Source: Daphnia carinata
Lineage: Eukaryota
DNA: 64,000 nt
NCBI RefSeq assembly: GCF_022539665.2
Contig: NC_081333.1
Coordinates: 9,548,001-9,612,000, forward strand
Direction of reading: 5' to 3'
The first letter of the stretch is position 1; every line of letters starts with the position of its first letter. Shown here piece by piece: positions 55,171 through 64,000 of the stretch. Below the pieces are notes generated by a model. That model was not told where the DNA came from. It saw nothing but the letters and a program-made list of their open reading frames with translations, and searched no databases. The position numbers were made by a program, and so were the translations under genes.

Positions 55171-58100
55171 ATGATGGAGCGAGCACCTTTTAAGACACCT
55201 GCTGCCACATTTGGATCATTTCCCGCTGCACCAGGCTATCAATCGGTCATTGAAAAGGTTTTTGTTGCTTTTTTTTCTGGTTGGTTATAATATCAAAATG
55301 TAGAAAAGTTAGATGTCAATGACATCCGATGCATAAGCACAAGCTGTTTTACAAAGATATTTTAGCCAATTTTAAAGCAGAAGGCCATATACCTTCAATT
55401 TTGTAGAACTAGTATATCTTTTTTAAATCCATGCGGCATACAATTCTCGGTGAAATTCTGTGCCCTAAAATAACTAAACTCCTACTGGTCATTTTTTTAC
55501 AGGAAAACCGGGAAGGCGGGCAGCGGGTGGCCAGTATTAGCTCTTCTTATCCCGGACCATCACATTCTGTCGCCATGATGACATCGTCTATAAGTTCAGA
55601 TGAAGACATGCTAGACATCACAACAACTGGAACAACCCAGGTAGCAGTCATTTTCAATTTCCAGATTCTGACCAGTTTAGAACGTTGGCTCATTCCCCAC
55701 CACCTACCAGGAACAAACCTCCTTTGATAACGAATCTCGCAGCATCGCCTCACCTGCTGGGCTAGGAGAGATAACAGCCGAAGATATTCCAGGGATCGGG
55801 CAGTACGATGATTTTCAGACTATTGATTGGCAACGTGATCTAGCCCGTGATCGGATGCACCATCGCTACATCACGAAACATAAAGAAGAATCGATTTTGT
55901 CTGCTGTTAAAGCTGCTCACGATGCTTGGTCCGGTTGGGTTTGCGTTTTGTCGGGTACAGATTTTTACAAACATTCCAACCGTCTTTCCAAAAACGACCT
56001 TCTAATATTCTGTATATGACAGTCGGTGTAGCCGTCGGTGCCGTGGCATCGTTTATTGACATCGGAACTACCTGGATGACGGATCTGAAGTATGGAATAT
56101 GTCCTGATGCATTTTGGTTTGACAGAGAGCAATGTTGCTGGTCGTCAAACCAAACATCGTTCAGTGATAATTGTTCTCAGGTACACGCTGAAATGTCATA
56201 TGAAGGTTGACACGTACGTCAACGCTTATTTGCTCCTTTTTGTCGCAGTGGCTAACTTGGCCACAGTTGTTTGGCGCATCTGACGATTCAGCCGGTGGAT
56301 ATATTCTAGCCTATCTGTTTTACGTTCTGTGGGCCGTTTCGTTTGGTGCTCTTGCCGCCATTCTTGTGAGAATGTTTGCACCTTACGCTTCCGGTGGAGG
56401 TATTCCAGAGGTAATTCACCCCGTGGTCGACTGTGTTGCTGTTATTCTAATTATCTTTGCGCTTGTAGATCAAGACTATTTTAAGTGGTTTTATTATTCG
56501 TGGCTTCCTCGGCAAGTGGACACTTTTAATAAAATCCATAGGCATAATGCTAGCCGTCGCTGCCGGTTTAAGTTTGGGAAAAGAGGGTCCCATGGTTCAC
56601 ATTGCCATCTGTCTTGGTACGTTTCAAACAATTCTTACTCCTGATGCATTTGTTTCAATCGCCCTTTTTTTTTGTGTGTGTGCTGGATTTCCGAAACAGG
56701 CAACATATTTTCTTATCTATTTCCTAAATATGGTCGGAATGAGGCCAAGAAACGTGAGATTTTATCAGCCGCAGCAGCTGCCGGTGTATCTGTGGCATTC
56801 GGTGCACCCATCGGAGGTGTCCTCTTCAGTTTGGAAGAAGTCAGTGTAGCGGTGCAGTCAAGCATAAATCCTTAATTAAGAATGACTTAAAGATGTTTTG
56901 GGAATTATTGGAAACAGGTCAGCTATTATTTCCCGATGAAAACTCTATGGCGTTCGTTTTTCTGCGCCTTGATTGCCGCATTCATCGTTCGCACTATCAA
57001 TCCATACGGCAATGAGCATTCGGTTCTCTTTTATGTGGAATACAACAAACCCTGGATCTTCTACGAGCTGATACCCTTCACGGCTCTCGGAATCTTAGGG
57101 GTGAGCTTATTGCTAATTATCTCCTCTGTTTCCTTCCATCAACCTTTGATTGCTTGTTACAGGGACTGATTGGTACCTTGTTCATTCGAGCGAATGTGTG
57201 GTGGTCGCGTTATCGCAAAGGTTCTCGTCTCGGTCAATATCCAGTGCTGGAAGTGCTGGGCATTACTCTCATCAACGGAATCTTGGCGTACCCCAATCCT
57301 TACACTCGAATGAGCTCGACGCGTTTGATATATTTGCTGTTTAGTCAATGTGGCGTGGCCAACACCGACGACCTATGGTAAGGAATCCTCCCCACTAATT
57401 TACAATTACCTCGTAGAACGTGACTTACTGATAGGTATTTGCTTTAGTGATTACAACCGAAACATCACGGATGTTAGCTCAGCTGTGGAGTTTTCGGAAA
57501 CCGGCCCTGGCGTCTACCGGGCACTATGGATGTTGGCCTTGGCCCTCATCTTCAAGTGTGTGATCACCGTTTTCACGATTGGCATCAAAGTACCAGCTGG
57601 CTTGTATATCCCATCGCTTTGTATGGGCGCCATTATGGGACGCATCGTTGGCATCGGAATGGAACAACTTGGCATAGTACGTATTACACAATATTTCAAT
57701 AATGGGATGTCACGTTCCAACGAGTCCTGATTGCTGCCGTTCTCTTCTCTCACGCAGTCATAATCCCCATAGTTGGATATTTCACGGCGAATGCTCCGCT
57801 GGAGGCGAAGATTGCATTACACCCGGTCTCTATGCCATGGTAGGAGCGGCAGCTGTCCTTGGGGGTATCACGCGGATGACAGGTACCTAATGAACATAAT
57901 TTTTTCTAACCTGTCTCGATGAATAACATTTTTGTTTTTGAATGATAGTTGCGTTGGTGGTTATCATGTTCGAGCTTACGGGTGGTGTACGGTACATTGT
58001 GCCGCTCATGGCCGCCGTAATGGCAAGCAAATGGGTAGGAGATGCTTTTGGCAAAGACGGCATTTATGGTAATTGAGTTTATTCATTGTTCGATTCACTT

Positions 58101-59199
58101 TTCCGTGTTATCTTAACCATTAATTTTGTTTGCAATCCAATGCACCAGACGCTCACATTGTACTTAATGGGTATCCCTTTTTGGACAACAAGGAAGAATT
58201 CGGTCACACTACGTTAGCCGCGGATGTCATGCAGCCAAAGTAAAGTCTATTAAAGCGTGATTTGTTAATCTTTCTAATTTTTTCCTTTTATATAGAGCAA
58301 ACAAGCCACTGACAGTCCTTACTCAAGACACGACAAGTTTGGAGGCAGTCGAAACGTTGCTCAAAGAAACGGACCACAACGGCTTTCCTGTCGTTGTGTC
58401 GAGGGAGTCGCAATTCCTTGTCGGATTTGTCCTGCGCCGCGATCTTTCCCTCGCCGTCGGTAAGTCCTGTTCAAACGTCAACTGGTGTTCGTTAGAGATC
58501 ATCGTCTTGCTAATATTGCATGTTCATTGCTGCTCTTGTATTCTCCTAGCAAATGCCAAACGAACGTTGGAAGGGCTGAGGGACGATTCTCTAGTCTTAT
58601 TCACCCCTAACATACCATCACCTTGGCACGGGTCACCGCCGTTAAAGTTGCGACGCATCTTAGATCTTGCACCAATTACTGTGACGGATCACACTCCCAT
58701 GGAAACTGTCATTGACATGTTCCGAAAACTCGGTTTACGACAAGTCCTCGTTACCCATAACGGGTAAGAGATTTCACAATTTATGTGGTGGGATAGAAGT
58801 TAATTGATGGGATGATAATAGTTTTATTTAGATTTGAAGATATAGGAAACTAGCTATCAAATCCTGTTTAGAGTTAGTTTTTGGCTCTTCGTACCATACA
58901 TTCGTACCACGTTTGCGTTCGTACCATGTTGCAGAATTTAACATTTGTTTAGTTGACTAAGTTGGGTCAAGGTTTATCTGTTCTTGATCTCTTTAACGCG
59001 TTGTAGGAAAGTGGGTCATTCTAGCGACGTCTGGGTTGTTTACCAAACATGGTGAATGCGTCAACAAGGATCTGCTAACTTTTTCTTTCTTTGTTTTTCT
59101 CCCTATAGGCGATTGCTCGGCATCATAACGAAAAAGGACGTTTTACGGCACATGAAGCAAATGGACAGCGAAGACCCAGATGCAGCGAACACAAACTAA
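55171..59199 (+). CDS. CLCN3: H(+)/Cl(-) exchange transporter of the ClC-3/4/5 (insect ClC-c) branch, about 835 aa, 16 coding exons; contains an apparent +1 frameshift at about 57668
   Basis: Exons 55171-55257, 55503-55640, 55711-55954, 56023-56180, 56249-56410, 56469-56616, 56700-56839, 56918-57100, 57163-57377, 57448-57676, 57758-57882, 57949-58068, 58149-58239, 58296-58459, 58550-58763, 59109-59199 (2509 nt = 3n+1). Motifs [15 protein letters not shown], Gx[61 protein letters not shown] and two CBS domains ([30 protein letters not shown]). The first exon and start codon are less certain. Confidence 0.93.
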
Positions 59200-60301
59200 C
59201 GAAAAACAAAAAGAGCCAAAAAACCGATAGGGAAAAATATTCATCCCGGGGTGATCGTCTTTCTCTGTTTAGTAAAATTATTCTTTGTTTTAACGTAGTC
59301 ACAGCGCGGCTAGAATCAAATCTTTCCGACTGTTTGAAATTTGAAACGTTTTTGAAAAAGAGTGTAAGTTGTTGTAGTAGTGCACATTTGCACTCTCCCC
59401 TTTAACATCGCGTGACTGTTGAATAATTTCCGACACGAATTTTAGACATTTAAAAAATTGTACCACCTTTGATCTTTTCTCTGACGTATTCCTTTCATTC
59501 TACTTTCAAGTGGAAAAACGGGGTTTTAATCTTTTATCGACTAGTTGTTCTGCCGTTTCATCGACCGCTTAAAAAACAACAAAACTACTACTCTTCATTG
59601 TTTTCCTTGACTGTTTTTCGATCTGAACCAACCGAGAGAAATGATTTAAACGCTGTTCCGTTTACTATGGGCGATGTGTACGAGATGTACAGTAACTATG
59701 ATGCCTCTGTTCCGCTCTTGTATGTATTGATCGTCCTTTTCTTTCTTTGTCCATGGTCCCCATTGGCCCGTCAGTTCTCCTTTATATAATCAATATCGTG
59801 ATCGTCTCCTGTTTCCTCAATCCAAAAGGCTCGACGTCCTCTTCTCATATATCTATTTTGACTGAACGAAAAGAAGAGAAAAAGAAAAAAAAAGATACAT
59901 TCCCTCTTGTTTGCTCTTGCTTCAAATCCCAAAACGAACGAACTAACGTGTGTGTATTGGTTGCCAAAAAAATCTTGTTGCAAAAGAGAAAAAGAAAGAG
60001 AATGAATACGAGAGAAAACATTCAGTTCGACCTTTCAGAACTTTGGGATTGAACAAATAAAAAACCCCACAGCGAATACGGAGAATTGCATATGTAAACA
60101 TGGATTAGACAGCAAATGCCAAATCCACTTTTGAATGACGCACATAAAGCCATGGGGCGCAAAGAAAATTATCTTTTTCTAGCGAAAAGGCCACTTAGAT
60201 CAAATGCTACGATGTCTGTAAAAAAAACCAAAAGAAACGAAATACTTTAACGATTCCACTGACGCACATGATTGAAACTTATGACCAGACTACATGTGGA
60301 T

Positions 60302-63300
60302 TCACGTGTAGTCTGGTTTAGCCTTGTAGCATCGCTTCCATATCTCGCAGAGGACGACAGTCGAGTGGAAACGATAGAAAATGGCCAAAGGCATGCACAC
60401 GTTCATGATAATTATCCAAGGCCAAAGGCCGTAGAACTGAAGCTGGACAGGGTTGACGTCCGCTCGCGATTTCTCCAGGGTGTTCACAGTCCACATGGCA
60501 AAATTACAGACCTACGCACAGAGATCCAATAGGTAAAGATTAGTCGGCTGTTGAATGATTTCAATGGATTTCTGCCCACCAAAAGGAAAGTGACAACTTC
60601 ACGACCGGGTTTGCGTGTCTGCTGGTCAACCGAATACGTATTACGACGGGAGGCATCCAAAATGAACAGAGTTTGTGTCACAGCCTGGAAAATGTAATTA
60701 AATATAAAGCATATCAGTACACGTCACCATTCAAGATGGAAGGTTACTTAAGGATACGTACCTGGAACAGAGCAGCTAAAGCACTGAGAAGCACGAGAGC
60801 GCCATCCTCGTCCTCGTTCATTGTATAATAACCTGCTATGACTGTGAATATATTATAGGCCATCAAACCGATTTGACCGAAAATGAGGAGCACATCGTCC
60901 AGATCAAAATGGCGAGAGGAATCGTAACGCAATTCGCGCACCTGCCCGAGTTCAATGAGCCCGTTAGTCTTAATCTTTGAATCGTCTGGAGAGCTAACAT
61001 TACTTGCACGATGCCGATGATTGTTGCCACGAACGCCATACAAAAAAGGACAAAACGAGCTGCCCCGACTTCCATAATTGCCATTGCTCTGTACTCGGGA
61101 TTATTGATGAGCGCGAAGAAAAGTATCAAACTGATGATGGTGAGAACCAGAACGAAGATGCCCGCAAAAAGACCTTTATTAGCCTTGGCGCAGTCGACCG
61201 AATAATGATGACGGGATCGGCGACCACTGGCCGATGAGTTTGATGAATATCGTCGGTCTTCTTCGAGCCCTCCTGCTGAAACGTTCTTCCACATAACGTA
61301 GAGGATAGCGGCGCAGATCAACGAGTACTCTATGGCACAAGGAAATAGGAGCGGACTGGCGTCCTGAACCAAGTGGCCCATGACCTCACTCCTCTTGCAT
61401 TCATCGAGCAATGAACGACTGAAAATCGCTTGATTGCTTTGCAAAATTTCTCTGGCATCAACCAAAGCTTCAGCGTGAGCATCCTCGGTCGCGATATACT
61501 TAGCTGTTGTAGTTTTAACCTCTTGTCTGTGGCCGTCTAGTCCGATAAGATATCATCGCTAATTAAAGCATTTTCTTTTTTTAACTGAAAGAGATAATAA
61601 AGATACTCACGGCTTGATACGTTGTGATGAAACTGGAGGATTTCGTGTTTGGTTTCCTCAATAATGACGTTCAGCCAAACGCAGAGGTTCGTTGCTACCA
61701 TATGCATCAGGCCAAAGTAAGCAATGGCTTTGGGTTTACAAACGCCCATCTGTTGACAAAAATGAAATCTGTTTCGTCACGATCTTTTTTGATAAATAAA
61801 TCTGACTAGTACGTGCCTTTGCGTTTAAGAAAATGAAGTACATCTGGATGAACGTGAATACCATACGTGTGGCGGGTGTGACGGCCATCAGAATGTTGTC
61901 ACAGTAACTGCCGGCATCGATCTCAAAGTATTGCGCAAATTCCAATCCAGAGTAGATCATTGAACCCACGCCGAATGCTAAGAAAATGATGGCATCATTT
62001 AGTTTCGGGTATCTGGTATAAAGTGTAATCAATCGTTCATTACAGACGGCTCCGATTCGCAGATAAAAGGAACCGTGATGAGTTGGCTTATTCCATGTCG
62101 GATCGCTATAGGATCGTGGGTGATGAGCCACTTCATCAAGGAAATCATGGGGCTCTTTAAATTCCACCATCGATTGTTTCGTCCCGCAAACTGATGAAGC
62201 GTAAAACAACAGTAATAATGTATAGAAAGTAGTACCAATTCAGAAATCCGGATCTGCAATTATGCAGAAATCTGGTTTTTTAAGAATCGTAGGGAAACGT
62301 AACTAGAATCAACAATGCATTGGCCAGCATACAAAAACAACCAATGGGCGGTTGGTTGCGCCGTTTGCGTGTTATGAATTCTTCATTCGATTTCAGATGT
62401 TGGAGATAAAAAAAACTGCTTCTGGCTTATCGGGAATGAAGCAGTGCGTTCAGCAGCAGGTATGCACATATCTCGTATGCGCAAAAGTGGCTTATACTCA
62501 CCAGCCCTTCGAACGTGGTGAGCTTACTGAAAGGCAGGGATATATAGGCTAATGTGTGTTGATTGTAGTCAGTTCAAACCGGAAACTCGTCCAAGCGTAC
62601 ACCGAACTTTGAAGTGTTAAACCTATAGAACTGTATGCATTTTGCAATAAAAGTCTTACATGAATGCCGATTCTTGCTGGCTTTGTTGCGGATCATCGTG
62701 ATGAAAACGTAAAGGAAATAAGCGATGCAACCAAAGTAGAGATACAAATAGAAACCCTTTAAGAGAAACAAAACAAAAACGGGATTCAAATAGTAGACAA
62801 ATTCCTTTTCTAAGAAATAACTTTTCTTTTACCAAGTATGAAGAGGACGTCACATGATTGGAAATTACTTCTGTCATTGGGAAAGCCAGTCCCAGCACAA
62901 TGAGAAACTTGGCGTACATAGCGCTAATTACAGCTAAAACAGCGTCGCTGTAAAAACAAAAAATAATTGAGAAAGAGCCGAAAGTAAAATAGATTTGAAA
63001 AAAAAAATGTGGTTTCCCGGTTCGATGGCCACTGATTGACAAATAATTGCAACTCACTCGCCGCGTTTCTTCCATCGCTTAGACAGCGTATCCGGCACGG
63101 CAGCCACATTCACGGCGGTACAGGTGGACATTGCCGAAGGAGTTCCTTCTCTCGTCGTTGCACGCCTTTATCCATGTGAAGAAAAACGTTTTTTGATATG
63201 AATTTTTTTATAGGAGACTGTCGGATATAGATCTCACCTTTCACAATGCTTGGGTAGATGGAAAAACGTTGTCTTAAAACCAGGTGAGGTACGGGATTTT

Positions 63301-63656
63301 AAGGCTTGATCTCTTTTCAGTTTGATCACGTCACTAGCTTCAATCTGATCCATCCAACCGGATGACGCCATATTATCTGCCATCACGATTGTCAGTTTGG
63401 CTGAAGAAGGCGCTGTCAAAGGTTTCAATTCCACTGGCATCCAGTTACGATTAGGAAAACCTAAGTCACAATCAGGTGAGCAGTATTCATCTATTGGTGT
63501 AATCGGCTCTGATTGCTGTTCAGGTCCAGTCGGAACGCCAATGCCTGAACCCTTTCGACCCAAGATTCCGAAATCGCCAATCGTTTCGCAGTCGGAGTTA
63601 AGCTGCATGGTCTCTGTTGGCTGGACTTCGACCACCATGTCATCGTCTTCATGCAT
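60302..63656 (-). CDS. OtopLc: Otopetrin-family proton channel (OtopLc-like), about 737 aa, 11 coding exons
   Basis: Exons (minus strand) 63656-63238, 63165-63058, 62947-62833, 62756-62660, 62190-62044, 61977-61817, 61749-61611, 61536-61004, 60941-60762, 60684-60580, 60511-60302; 2214 nt in frame. Otopetrin motifs SAMYAKFLIVLGLAFPMTE, FYLYLYFG, HHGSFYLRIGA.SFGVGSMIYSGLE, FIQMYFIF, FGLMHMVATNLCVW, LFPCAIEYSLI, VDCAKANKGLFAG, KPGREVVTFLLVCN, PLAIFYRFHS. The start ATG was chosen downstream of a branch point/acceptor at 63690, so the true N-terminus could lie on an exon outside the window. Paralogue assignment is tentative. Confidence 0.92.
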
Positions 63657-63769
63657 GGAACGGCGTTCTGTTTGCCACGAAGGTAGATTCCTGAGTGTGT
63701 ACATAAAATTAGTAAATTGATCGGCAACCATTTGGCATAATTTTGATTAAAGGGTTTAAACTTTGTGAC

Positions 63770-64000
63770 GTTTTTTCTACAAAAAACGAGCTATCGCACC
63801 AACTGTGTTAACCCGTTTTTTGCTTTTATTGAAAAAAAACAAAAATTCCACTTAAAAATAAACTCGATATTTGTGATTCCCGTTCAATTTCGTATCGAAA
63901 TCGTAGATTCCAAACGATATAATGTAATATTTATAATAACAGAAAAAGTCGGGCTTATTTTGTCGGACAGCCTGACAAAATAAGCCCGACTTTTTTTGGT
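63770..64000. repeat. Copy of the same repeat family upstream of (or in a 5' intron of) the otopetrin gene, truncated by the window edge; includes a perfect 22-bp inverted repeat
   Basis: 63855-63910 (aaaaataaactcgatatttgtgattcccgttcaatttcgtatcgaaatcgt) resembles 9592-9645 (aaaaatgaactcgattttcgggatcatcagtcaatttcgcatcgaaatcat). Inverted repeat arms 63943-63964 and 63974-63995. Confidence 0.6.

Overview
Eukaryotic, intron-rich genomic DNA. It is arthropod-like: the many 60-90 nt introns, poly(A/T) runs and gene content are consistent with a Daphnia-type crustacean, but that is inference. I reconstructed five spliced protein-coding genes by hand from splice signals and codon phase. (1) + strand 17548-32571: uncharacterised 709-aa protein with a Gly/Ser-rich N-terminus and a conserved-looking C-terminal region resembling two ABM-like alpha+beta modules. 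(2) + strand 37510-40298: GT49 beta-1,4-glucuronyltransferase (B4GAT1-like) with a 25-nt microexon. (3) + strand 48098-54126: 875-aa low-complexity protein with a DM4/DM12-like Cys module. (4) + strand 55171-59199: ClC-3/4/5-type H+/Cl- exchanger. (5) - strand 60302-63656: otopetrin proton channel, convergent with the ClC gene and containing a GC-AG intron. The ClC gene is the most notable: its selectivity filter reads GGGIPE rather than GSGIPE, GLFIP reads GLYIP, and there is an apparent +1 frameshift at about 57668. Bases 1-17.5 kb and 40.3-48 kb look non-coding. A dispersed AT-rich, palindrome-bearing repeat family occurs at about 9.3-10.3 kb, 24.5-24.8 kb and 63.8-64 kb. I found no rRNA, tRNA or CRISPR array.
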